Source of the DNA: Mobula hypostoma
Taxonomy: Eukaryota
DNA length: 60,000 nt
NCBI RefSeq assembly: GCF_963921235.1
Contig: NC_086097.1
Location: forward strand, 31,436,001-31,496,000
Direction: 5' to 3'
Below, in pieces: positions 13,950-25,289 of this stretch. The notes under the pieces were generated by a model. That model saw only the letters and a program-made list of their open reading frames with translations, was not told the origin of the DNA and ran no database searches. The position numbers and the translations under genes are program-made. Each line of letters begins with the position of its first letter. The first letter of the stretch is position 1.

Positions 13950-15180
13950 TAATCTTATAGAATTTTTTGAGGAAGTTACTAGGAAAGTGGATGAAGGCAA
14001 GGCAGTGGATGTTGCCTACATGGACTTTAGTAAGGCCTTTGACAGGGTCCCTCATGGGAGGCTGGTCAAGAAGGTTCAGTTGCTCAGCATTCTGGATGAG
14101 GTAGTAAATTGGATTACACATTGACTTTGTGGGAGAAGCCAGAGAGTGGTAGTAGGGGGTTGCCTCTCTGACTGGAAGGCTGTGACTAGTGGAAGGCCGC
14201 AGGGATTGATACTGGGTCCTTTGTTGTTTGTTATGTATATCGGTGATCTGAATGTGGTTAATTGGATCAGCAAATTTGCAGATAACGCCAAGATTGGGGG
14301 TGTAGTGGACAGTGAGGAAGGCTCTCATGGCTTGCAGAAGGATCTGCACTCGCTGGAAAAATGGGTGAAAAATTGCAGATGAATTTAATGCAGACAAATG
14401 CGAGGTTCTGCACTTCAGCAGGACCAGCCAGAAGGTTCTTACACGGTGAGCGTTAGGCACTGAGGAATATGGCAGAACAAAGGGATTTGGGAATACTGGT
14501 CTATAATTCATTGAAAGTGGCATCACAGGTACCAAAGGTCGTAAAGAAAGCTTTTGGAACATTAGCCTCCATAAATCAATGTATTGAATACAGAAGATGG
14601 AATGTTATGTTGAAGTTGTATAAGACACTGTTGAGGCCTAATTTGGAGTATTGTGTGTAGTTTTGGTCACCTTCCTGCAGAAAAGAAGTAAATAAGATTG
14701 AAAGAGTACTAAGAAAATTTACAAGGATGTTGCCAGGTCTGGAGGACCTAAATTATCAGGAAAGATTGAATAGGTTAGGACTGTATTCTTTGGAATGTAG
14801 AAGATTGTAGAGGGGATTTGATAGAGGTATACAAAATGATGAGGGGTATAGAAAGGGTAAATGCAAGCAGGCTTTTTCCATTGAGGTTGGGTGGGACTAC
14901 AACAAGAGGTCATGGGTTAAGGATGAAAGGTGAGAAGTTTAAGCAGAACATGAGCAGAAACTTCTTCACTCAGAGGGTTGTGGGAGTGTGGAATGGGTTG
15001 CCAGCACAAGTGGTCCATGCGAGCTCAATTTCAACAATTAAGAGAAGTTTGGATAGGTACATAGATAGTAAGGATATGGAGAGCTGTGGTCCCTGGCAGT
15101 TCATTGGGAGTAGGCAGTTTAGTTGGTTTCATGAACTAAATGGGCTGAAGGACCTATTTTTGTGCTATACTTCTTTGTAA
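13950..15180 (+). mobile_element. CR1 LINE, 3' half
   Basis: VTSGRPQGLILGPLLF...ISKFADNAKIGG, LYKTLLRPNLEYCV and TRGHGL...FFTQRVV motifs, with frameshifts. Confidence 0.9.
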
Positions 15181-15706
15181 CTAATTGTGGAGTCAAAGAG
15201 TTGGTCAAAGTTTCAAGTCAAAATCCTGCACCCTGAAACACTGCTTCCACAGATGCTGCCTGACCTGCTGGGTTCTTCCTACTTTTTGTGTGTTGCTTCA
15301 GATCTCCCAGCATAGTCATAGAGTGATAGAACATTACAGCACATAAACAGACCCTTCCACCCATCGAGTCTGTGCCAAACTGTTATTCTGCCTAGTCTCA
15401 TCGACCTGCACCTGAACCATAGCCCTCCATACCCCTCCCATCCATGTATCTATCCAAACTTCTCTTCAATGTTGCACTCAAACCTGCATCCACCACTTCT
15501 GCTGGCAGCTCGTTCCACATTTGCACCAACCCGAGTGAAGAAGTTTCCCCTCAGGTTCCCTTTAAATATTTCACTTTTCCCCCTTAACCTATAGCCTCCA
15601 GTTGTAGTCCCAGACAATCTCAGTAGAAAAAGCCTGCTTGCATTAACCTTATCTATGCCAGGGTGAGCAGGAATTCTAAACACGTCACAATCTGACAATT
15701 GAGAGT

Positions 15707-15712
15707 TTTATT
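15707..15712 (-). promoter_or_regulatory. Polyadenylation signal AATAAA of PPP1R36
   Basis: AATAAA on the minus strand about 70 nt after the PPP1R36 stop codon. Confidence 0.7.
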
Positions 15713-15779
15713 TTGAACGGATTCAAAGGGCTTGAGGTAGAGATGATAGGTGGGGTTGGAGAGGCTTTCTCTCTCTGGG

Positions 15780-16026
15780 TTACTGTACAAGGTTGTAGTC
15801 AGACTCGGTGGCGGCAGTGGTGGCCCTGGATATGGCCATGGCATGACTCTGAAAGCTCTCTGGTCCCAAAGAGAGATCCCCCAGCTCTGTGAGAGAGTGC
15901 AGGCTCTTCTGCAGCAGGTCTTCCTCCTCCTTGTCCTCCTTCTCCTCCTCTTCCTCTAGGTGAGATTCGATTGGAACCAGTGTGTCCGGCAGGAACTTGC
16001 TGAGGGGTTCACCAATGATGCCCAGC
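15780..16026 (-). CDS. PPP1R36: PPP1R36 last coding exon
   Basis: Acceptor cacttgtag|G, then LGIIGEPLSKFLPDTLVPIESHLEEEEEKEDKEEEDLLQ...DYNLVQ* with TAA at 15780-15782. Confidence 0.88.
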
Positions 16027-16115
16027 CTACAAGTGACCAGAACCAGAGTGACAAGAGGAAGACTTCCTCCTCCTCACCTCTACCTTCCCTCCTGGAGGCA
16101 GGGACTCAAGAGGTT

Positions 16116-16903
16116 CAGCATCCTGAGGTGGACAGATCCATACCCCTGTGAGAGCCAGCATCCTGAGGCTGAAAGGGACCCATACCCCTGTGAGAGCCAG
16201 CATCCTGAGGTGGACAGACCCATACCCCTGTAAGAGCCAGCACCCTGAAGCGGAAAGACCCATACCCCTGTGACAGCCAGCATCCTGAGGCGGAAAGGGA
16301 CCCATACCCCTGTGAGAGCCAGCATCCTGAGTGGACAGACCCATACCCCTGTGAGAGCCAGCATCCTGAGGCGGAAAGACCCATACCCCTGTGAGAGCCA
16401 GCATTCTGAGGTGGAAAAGGACCCATACCCCTGTGAGAGCCAGCATCCTGAGTGGACAGACCCATACCCCTGTGACAGCCAGCATCCTGAGGCGGAAAGG
16501 GACCCATACCCCTGTGAGAGCCAGCATCCTGAGTGGACAGACCCATACCCCTGTGACAGCCAGCATCCTGAGGCGGAAAGGGACCCATATCCCTGTGAGA
16601 GCCAGCATCCTGAGTGGACAGACCCATACCCCTGTGACAGCCAGCATCCTGAGGCGGAAAGGGACCCATACCCCTGTGAGAGCCAGCATCCTGAGTGGAC
16701 AGACCCATACCCCTGTGAGAGCCAGCATCCTGAGGTGGAAAGACCCATACCCCTGTGAGAGCCAGCATCCTGAGTGGACAGACCCATACCCCTGTGAGAG
16801 CCAGCATCCTGAGTGGACAGACCCATACCCCTGTGAGAGCCAGCATCCTGAGTGGACAGACCCATACCCCTGTGAGAGCCAACATCCTGAGGCGGAAAGG
16901 GAC
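16116..16903. repeat. Minisatellite of about 20 units (39-42 bp) in the last PPP1R36 intron
   Basis: Constant cccatacccctgtgagagccagcatcctgag separated by 8-11 nt variants. Unit starts run from 16116 to 16880. Confidence 0.95.
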
Positions 16904-17787
16904 TCACAGCCTCCAGTAAGGGTCTGCACCCTGGCCCCTGGAATGGGGAGGGACCCACACACAGCACCCTGGAGAGGGAGAAGCATTCTGCCAGTGACAG
17001 CACACTGGGATGTGGAGGGCCCATAGCCCCCAATGAGGGAGGGTCAACAGTCTGGGGGTGGTGAGAGAGCTGTTCCCCCGGTGAGAGAGCATCCTGGGGA
17101 ATGGAAACAGCAGTTCCCAGTGAGGGAGAGCACCATAGGGTAGGAGAGACATTCCTCCAGTGAGAGATGGGAAGAGAGCCATCTCTCAGTAAGGGACACA
17201 CCCTGGGATGAACAGTAATGTACAGTGGTCAATTAACCAGCCAACACAAGGTGAAAGGGCAGGGAAATATTCAACAGGAACGTCCAGAAGGTGGAATCAG
17301 TTATGCTCTGCCAGATGGGGAAAGTTCTCCAGGTTTGGAAAGGCCTAGATAGAGTGGCTGTGGAGGGGATGTTTCTAACAGAGGGAGAGTCTAGGACCAC
17401 AGGGCACAGACTCAGAATGCAAGGACATCCCTTTAAAACAGAGGTGAGGAGGAATTTCTGTAGCCAAAGGATGGTGAACCTGAGGAATTTTTTGCCATAG
17501 ACAGCTGTGGTGGCCAAATCATAGGGTGTATTTGAAGGTTGATAGGCTCCTGATTAGTAAGGGTGTCAAAGGTTTCGGAGGAAAAGGTGGGATAATAAAT
17601 AAATGATCAAATGGCAGAGCAGACTCGATGGGCTGAATGGCCTATCTCCGCTCCTGTGTCATAAGGAGCAGAATTAAGCCATTCTGAGGTGTGAAGGTGG
17701 GGCGTTAGTATCACATAGTTCCAGTCTGGGCGGGATAGGTTCACTGATGATGGGAGGTTAGTTGGGCGGAATGCTCCTCTGACTTAC

Positions 17788-17982
17788 GGGTGGGTTGGGC
17801 TGGGGTCTATGTCCATGACACTGGTCCTCTCATCCTCTCGGGCGATCCTGGAGCCTGGATTCACCGGGTGTTGTCTGAAGAGGTAGATGGACTTCTCCCT
17901 GGGGCTCTGCAGCAGGGTTCGGAGCACTGGCGAGCGTTGAGTGACGATGGAGCTGATGGGTGGGCGCTTCAATAGAAACCCC
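17788..17982 (-). CDS. PPP1R36: PPP1R36 penultimate exon
   Basis: ctgtcacacag|G ... CC|gtaagt. Encodes GFLLKRPPISSIVTQRSPVLRTLLQSPREKSIYLF...SPTH; 195 nt, phase 2-2. Confidence 0.9.
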
Positions 17983-18294
17983 CTGTGTGACAGAGAGGGG
18001 TGGGTGGGGCGAGGTTACCAGCACGTACACACACACACACACACACACACCCCCCCGAGTGTTCCTGTCATCGGAGATTCCCTTCCCACCCAACACAATC
18101 TGCCCCCACACCACACCAACTAACACAAGGCAGCAGAGGAGAAGCCTAGGGGAATATTCAATCAGCCATGGGGAGGGGGGGGGCGGGGAAGCAGCAAGAT
18201 CCTGGAACACTCTAAGACAGAGCTTCACTCTGTGTCAGACCCCAGGAGTGTCCGATGGGATGATGCAGAGGGAACCTCACAAAGTACCTAACCT

Positions 18295-19458
18295 GGGGAG
18301 TGTGTGATGGGACAGTGTGCAGAGAGAGTCACTTTGTGCTTCATCTGGGGAGTGTGTGATGGGACAGTGCGGAGACAGAGAGTCACTCTGTGCTTCATCT
18401 GGGGAGTGTGTGATGGGACAGTGCGGAGGGACAGTCACTCTGTGCTTCATCCGGGGAGTGTGTGATGGGACAGTGTGGAGACAGAGTCACTTTGTGCTTC
18501 TTCCGGGGAGTGTGTGATGGGACAGTGCGGAGGGAGAGTCACTCTGTGCTCCATCCGGGGAGTGTGTGATGGGACAGTGCGATGGGAGAGTCACTCTGTG
18601 CTCCATCCGGGGAGTGTGTGATGGGACAGTGCGGAGGGAGAGTCACTCTGTGCTCCATCCGGGGAGTGTGTGATGGGACAGTGCGGAGGGACAGTCACTC
18701 TGTGCTCCATCCGGGGAGTGTGTGATGGGACAGTGCGGAGGGAGAGTCACTCTGTGCTTCATCCGGGGAGTGTGTGATGGGACAGTGCGGAGGCAGAGTC
18801 ACTCTGTGCTTCATCCGGGGAGTGTGTGATGGGACAGTGTGGAGGGAGAGTCACTCTGTGCTCCATCCCGGGAGTGTGTGATGGGACAGTGCCGAGGGAC
18901 AGTCACTCTGTGCTTCATCCGGGGAGTGTGTGATGGGACAGTGCGGAGGGACAGTCACTTTGTGCTTCATCCGGGGAGTGTGTGATGGGACAGTGTGGAG
19001 GGACAGTCACTCTGTGCTCCATCCCGGGAGTGTGCGATGGGACAGTCACTCTGTGCTTCATCCGGGGAGTGTGTGATGGGACAGTGCGGAGGGAGAGTCA
19101 CTCTGTGCTTCATCCGGGGAGTGTGTGATGGGACAGTGTGGAGGGACAGTCACTCTGTGCTTCATCCGGGGAGTGTGTGATGGGACAGTGCGGAGGGACA
19201 GTCACTCTGTGCTTCATCCGGGGAGTGTGTGATGGGACAGTGCGGAGGGACAGTCACTCTGTGCTTCATCCGGGGAGTGTGTGATGGGACAGTGTGGAGG
19301 GACAGTCACTCTGTGCTTCATCCGGGGAGTGTGTGATGGGACAGTGTGTAGGGACAGTCACTCTGTGCTTCATCCGGGGAGTGTGTGATGGGACAGTGTG
19401 GAGACAGAGTCACTCTGTGCTTCATCCGGGGAGTGTGTGATGGGACAGTGCGGAGGGA
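18295..19458. repeat. 52-bp minisatellite, about 22 copies
   Basis: Unit ggggagtgtgtgatgggacagtgYggagggaSagtcactctgtgcttcatcc. Unit starts at 18401, 18453 and 18505 give a period of 52. One shortened unit lies near 19027. Confidence 0.95.
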
Positions 19459-19481
19459 ACTTAAGTAGGGAAGTAGTATAC

Positions 19482-19504
19482 CTGTACTCAGTGGGTGTCA
19501 CCAC
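19482..19504 (-). CDS. PPP1R36: Candidate 23-nt PPP1R36 micro-exon (VVTPTEYR)
   Basis: tcttttcccctgttctgaag|GTGGTGACACCCACTGAGTACAG|gtatac. The peptide aligns positionally with MTFVQFR of mammalian PPP1R36 (recalled). It needs a phase-0 upstream donor. Confidence 0.45.
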
Positions 19505-20280
19505 CTTCAGAACAGGGGAAAAGAATCATACAGTGATGCAGCCTAACCTGTCCATGCCAGCCAGTGTACTCACCAAGCTAGTCCCATTTGCCTAACTTTG
19601 GTCATATCCCTCTACCTGTCCATATGTCTATCCAATTTATTTTAAATGTAATTATTGCAGAGGAGATGAAAGAACCTATCCCGCTACATACGGTAACATG
19701 GCTTTAATGCAACACATTACTGTGCCAGCTACAGGATCAGGGTTCACAACACGCTGGAGGAACTCAGTAGGTCGGGCAGTACCCGTGGAAAAGATCGGTC
19801 GACGTTTCGGGCCAGAACCCTTCATCCAGGACCTGCTGAGTTCCTCCAGCATGTTGTCAGTGTTGCTTTGACCCCAGCATCTGCAGATCATTTTGCATTT
19901 AGGATCAGGGTTCAATTCCTGCCACTGTTTATCAGGAGTTTGTATGTTCTTCCCGGGACCACATGGGTTTCCTCCAGGTGCTCTGGTTTCCTCAGATTCC
20001 AAAGATGTACGGGTTAGGGTTAGTAAGTTGTGGGTATACTTTGTTGGCACCAGAAGTATGGTGACACTTGCATGCTTCCCCAGTACATCCATGGACTGTG
20101 TTGGTCATTGACGCAAATGACACACCTCACTGTCTGTTTCGACGTACACGTGACAAGTAAAACTTAGCTTTTCTTTTAAAACCTGCTGAGTATTCCTGTT
20201 TTTATTCCAGCTTTTGGGAAAAGGGACACATTTGCTTTCAAATGGAAGACATCTCTGTTGTTAAACTGCCCCAGCGATAC

Positions 20281-20432
20281 CTGTGTTCTGTCTGCATCTC
20301 CTCATCTTTCACCTTCGGTGCAGGATTGAAGATGTCAGAGCGAAGGAGTCGCCCGATCTCATCCCTGATCAGATCCATGTTTTTCCTCCCAAACGTCACC
20401 CAGGCCACGTAGATGCTGTAGGCATAGAGACA
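20281..20432 (-). CDS. PPP1R36: PPP1R36 exon
   Basis: gtgatttcag|TGT... encodes CLYAYSIYVAWVTFGRKNMDLIRDEIGRLLRSDIFNPAPKVKDEEMQTEH, ending AG|gtatcg. Confidence 0.88.
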
Positions 20433-20609
20433 CTGAAATCACAAGAGGTGGGGCAGCTCAGTGTCACCTTGGCCAGGAACACAGTACTCACGTGAGTGCT
20501 CTCACAGGCATGATTGCTTCTGGACCGCTAATCCAGGTGACAGGTTCAACATCCAGCACACAGAGAGGGGAGCTTTATGTCAGTCGAGGATGTGCATTCT
20601 GGAATGAAG

Positions 20610-21160
20610 GCACTGATGTGCAGAGGGTTTTTGGAGTTCAAGTTCACAGGTCCCTGAAGGCGGCATCACATGTGGATGGGATGGTAAAGGCAGCATATGG
20701 CACTCCTGTCTTCATTGGCCTGGGCTCTGAATAAAAGTCTGGATGGAAGTCACGTTGTCGCTGTATAACAGTTTAGTCTGGCCACATGGGAGTGTCGTAT
20801 GCAGCTCTGGTTGCCCCATTACGGGAAGGACGTGGTGGCTTTGGACAGGGTGCAGAAGGAGTTCACCAGGATACTGCCCGGATTAGAGGGCATGTGTTAC
20901 AAGGAGAAGTTGGACAAACGTATGTTGTTTTCTCCAGAAAGGTGCAGGCCGAGTAGAAACCTGATATTAGTTTATAAAATGATGAGATGCAGAGATAGAG
21001 TAGATAATCAGACTTTTTCCACAAGACTGAAATGTCAATATAAGTTCCCCTAGGGAACTCTTCTTTCTAATGAATGGTGAGAGTGGAAGTTAATTCCACA
21101 GGGAGCAGCTGAGGGGAACAGTATAGATGTATTTAAGGGGGAGATGATCAAGCACACAAG
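20610..21160 (+). mobile_element. CR1 LINE 3' fragment
   Basis: QLWLPHYGKDVVALDRVQKEFTRILPGL motif. Confidence 0.8.
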
Positions 21161-22728
21161 GGAGGCAAGGAACAGGAATCACAGTGATGGATATAAACAT
21201 GGAAAAATGGACGGGATTTAGGATGAGCAGATTTACCAGCCTTGGTCTGATAGGACATTGATATCAATTTCCCTAACTTAAGGTTACCATTCCCCTCTGT
21301 TCCTCCCCCACCCACCTTTGTTTTCCCTTATCCCTTTGTCCCCTCTCATTCCCTTCCGACACCCCCACAACTTGCCAATCATTTATACTCTTTCTCCATG
21401 TGGTTCCCCACCTTCTTCCCTTTATTCTGTGATCCACTGTCCTCTCCTGTGAGATTCCATCTTCTTCAGCCTTTTGCCTCTTCCACCTGCCACCTCCCAG
21501 CTTCTCGTATTGTTCTCACTCACCACCCACCCACACATCTTCCCCTCGCCACCCCGCTGACCTGGGTGCCACTGTGCCACCTGCCAGTGCTACTCCCCCT
21601 TCCTCCAGCGTTTACAGTTATAATGTCACTATGGCACAGGAGGAGACTCCTTGGCCCATCTAATCCATGCTGAACTGTCATTTTGTCTTGTCCCATCAAC
21701 CCGCGCTCAGACCACACCCCTCCCAAACTTCTCTTAAATGTTACAATTAAACCTGAATCCACATCTTCTGCTGGCAGCTCATTCCACACTCACACCAGCC
21801 TCTGAGTGAAGAAGTTTCCCTTCAGATTCCTATTAAATATTTCACCTTTCACTCTAGACCCATGACTACTAGTTCAATCTCACCCAATCTGAGGGGGAAA
21901 GCCTGCATCCATTCACTCTATCTATACCCCTCATCATTTTTATTCTGGCTATCACCCCTCATTCCTTTCCAATACACATAAAGGGTCTCGGTCCAAAACG
22001 TTGACTGTTCATTTCTCTCCGCAGATGCTTCCTGAGCCACTGAGTTCCTCCAGCACTTTGTGTGTTTTAACCAATCCCAACATCTGCAAAATTCCTTGTG
22101 ACTCCACGCTCCGCTTTCCTTTCCTATCAGATTCCACCACCTGCAGCCCTTGCACTTATCACCTCGCAGCTTCTGACCTTATTCCCATTCTCCCTCCTCC
22201 CTTATCTGCCTACCACTCCTGCAACTGCAGTCTCTTCTGCCCCACCCCTTAGATGGCCCAGTAGCTTAGCCGTCAGTGTAAAGCTTTACAGCTGCGGTGA
22301 CCCAGGTTCAATTCCCACTGCTGTCTGTAAGGAGTCAGTACGTTCTCCCCCTGACCCCGTCGGTTTCCTCCGAGTGCTCCGGTTTCCTCCCACCTTCCAA
22401 ACACATGCAGTTTGAGCTAGTTTAGTAAGTTGTGGGCGTGCTATGATTGTGTCGGACACTTACCCTCAGCACAGCATCTGACTGTGTTGGTTGTTGACAC
22501 AAATGACACATTTCACTCTATCTTTCGATGTACTGCACGTGATAAATAAAGCTAATCTTTAATCTTTATCCTCACTTCATCATACCGACTATCAGCTCCT
22601 CTATCTTTCAGTCCAGATGAAGGGTCACCCAATACCACGTTGGCTGTAGTTTGTCATATTGTTATTTCCACTGATGAACTTTATCCACCCCTGAACTTTG
22701 GCTCGTTAACTATGTCAGTGGTACTCAC

Positions 22729-22771
22729 CTCAAACAGCTGCCTGTCCTTGTGTGTAGCTGACCCCATCGCC
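22729..22771 (-). CDS. PPP1R36: PPP1R36 exon
   Basis: ttgtgttcacag|G GCG...TTT GAG|gtgagt. Encodes AMGSATHKDRQLFE; 43 nt, phase 2-0. Confidence 0.88.
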
Positions 22772-23949
22772 CTGTGAACACAACAAACCTGTTACTTCAC
22801 TTCTGTCAAAATGAGCACAGAATGCACAGGAATGTAGGCAGCTGCAGAGAGTAGTGGGCTCTGCCCAATCCTGTACATCACAGGCACACCCCTGCCCACC
22901 ATCGGTAGTATCTATGGAAAACCCTTCATCAAGAAGGCAACATCCATCATCAAAGATCCCCCACCATCCGGGTCACGCCATCTTCATGCAGCTACCATCG
23001 GGCAGAAGGAATAGAAGCCTGAAGACCCACAGCACCAGGTTCAGGAACAGCTACTTCCCTTCAACCATTTGGTTCTTGACCCAATCAACACAGCCCTAAT
23101 CAGTACCTTGGTATGTCAAAGATATGGCCACTTTACCTTACAGTCTCAAGCTGAAAATGGCTAATACAATGGGGCATAATTGTAAGGTAATTGGAGGAAA
23201 GCATAGGGGGGAATGTCAGGGGTAAGTACTTTTATACAGAGAGTGGTTGGTGTGTGGAATGTAATACCAGGGATGGTGGTAGAGGCAGATATATCAGGGA
23301 CATTTAAGAAACTATTAGATAGACACATGGATGAAAGAAAAATGGAGGGCCGTGTGGATTAGGTTTATCTTGGGGTACGTTAAAGGGTCAGCACAATATC
23401 GTGGGCTGTAATGTTCTACGTTCCAAGCAGTGTGCCAGGTCAGGCCCCTTGTGCTGTGAAGTCCTGCTATGTTCTGTCCCCTTGAGAACCCAAGCCATAG
23501 GGAAAGGCTGAGTAGGTTAGGACTTGATTCCCTGAAGTGTAGGAGAATGAGGAGAGACCTTTTAGAGGAATACAAAATTATGATGAGTAATGCAAGCAGG
23601 CTTTTTCCACTGAGGTTGGGTGAAAGGTGAAATATTTAAAAGGAACTTGAGGGAGAATTTCTTCACTCAGAAGGTGGGTGAGAGTGTGGAATGAGCTGCC
23701 AGAAGAAATGGTGAATGCAGGTTTCAATTTCAACATTTAAGAGAAGTTTGGATAAGTACATGGGTGGGAGGAGTATAGTCTGGGTTTTGAGTTGATGGGA
23801 CTAGGCAGAATAAAAGTTAGGCACAGACTAGATGGGCCGAAGGGGCTGCTTCTGTTCTGTACCACTCCATGACTCTATGACTTGCCACTGAAAGTACCAG
23901 CCCTGGCCTTGCTGGAAAGAACCAGTGACCTTCAGAGAAACGCACTCAC

Positions 23950-24090
23950 TTCCCGCATGCCATGTGGTGCAGATCAACCGAGTCCAAGCCCAGCAGCAGA
24001 GCGGAGTACGTCCTTGCCATGTGCCTCTGTGCCAGCTCCTTTTTAGCCTTGGTCCAACCCGCCTCCACTCTCTCGGGACTACCAGCATTT
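23950..24090 (-). CDS. PPP1R36: PPP1R36 exon
   Basis: cttccctgcag|A...AA|gtgagt. Encodes NAGSPERVEAGWTKAKKELAQRHMARTYSALLLGLDSVDLHHMACG; 141 nt. Confidence 0.9.
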
Positions 24091-24583
24091 CTGCAGGGAA
24101 GCCAAACCACAACATGGTTAGCAAAGCAAAGTCAACTTTACCAGGAGGCCATTTTGGCCCATCTTGTCTCTGCCAGCCCACTGAGCAATCCTACTCTCCC
24201 AGTAACGGGGTGGCACCATAGCGTAGCAGTTAGCATTACGCTATTACAGCACCAGCGACCTGCGTTCAATTCCCACCACTGTCTGTAAGGAATTTTATGA
24301 ACAGCTCCTTCCCCTTCACTATCAGGTTTCTGAATGGACCATCAACCTATGAATAATACCTCTTTTTGGAGTACTTATTTTTTATAAGTATATATTTCCT
24401 ATTGTAATTTTTTATGTACTTGCTCTGTACTGTTGACACAAAATAACAAAGTTCAGGACATACGTCAGTGACAGTAAACCTGAGTCTGATTCTGAAAAAT
24501 CCCTTCATAAATTTGCGTGCCTCTATTCAAACTCAACTGTCATTGGGTCTCTGATGGCCAACACATTGAGAGACAGCACTCAC

Positions 24584-24682
24584 GTCAACAACTCTTTTGA
24601 CTTGGAGTCCAGTCCAAGGGCACCCAGGAACACAGAGAAGTAATTGAGTAAGGCCATGAGGAATTCATTTAACTGCTGGGTC
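24584..24682 (-). CDS. PPP1R36: PPP1R36 exon
   Basis: catttttgcag|G...AC|gtgagt. Encodes TQQLNEFLMALLNYFSVFLGALGLDSKSKELL; 99 nt. Confidence 0.9.
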
Positions 24683-25289
24683 CTGCAAAAATGAAAGGAA
24701 TGCATTTGACACAGAAGAGAATGATATTGGAAACAAATACTTAAAAATGTTAGAAAATTACAAAGCAGCTCCCTCAGAATCTGGAACATATCGATCACTT
24801 GCCCACTCAGCATTTCTCCAACACAAGGAAGTGGGGAGGAATGGGAGTGATGGGATTGCTTTGCTAGGGTAAGGCATGGAGGGATTGGTTGAATGGCCTC
24901 TGTAGGTGCTGTACATTCTCCCAGGAGAGGTAACACTGTTATAGCTTCAGCGAGCTGGGTTCAATTCCCACCACTGTCTGTAAGGAGTTTGTACATTCTC
25001 CTTGTGGTTGCATAGGTTTCCTCTGGTCAGTGAGAAGTGGGCACACTACAGTGTGTTGGTGTCAGAAGCACAGCAGCATGTAGAGGCTGTCATTGGATTG
25101 CGTTGGGCATTGACACAAACAAAACATTTCACTGTATGTTTCAATGTACATGTGACAAATAAACCTAATCTTTAAGAGCTTTAATCTTTAACAGGAGGGT
25201 ATAGTTACAAGGTGAGAGAGGAAGATTTAAAAGAGACCGGTGGGGGGGGGGGGGGAAGACAATTTTTTTGTGCAGAGGATGTTGAGAAT

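Noticed and set aside
16116..16903. CRISPR-like array (31-bp constant block with variable spacers)
   Set aside because: The spacers are only 8-11 nt and are recurring variants of each other. The context is a vertebrate intron with no cas genes. It is a minisatellite.
16027..17201. Long repetitive ORFs of 162-373 aa in several frames
   Set aside because: By-product of stop-free repeat units. The flanking PPP1R36 exons splice across this region in frame.
18295..19458. Satellite-encoded hammerhead, as in newt satellite 2
   Set aside because: No CUGANGA plus GAAA core on either strand of the unit.
22255..22330. tRNA gene-like A and B boxes
   Set aside because: This is the head of a V-SINE. It continues into the V-domain and does not form a cloverleaf.
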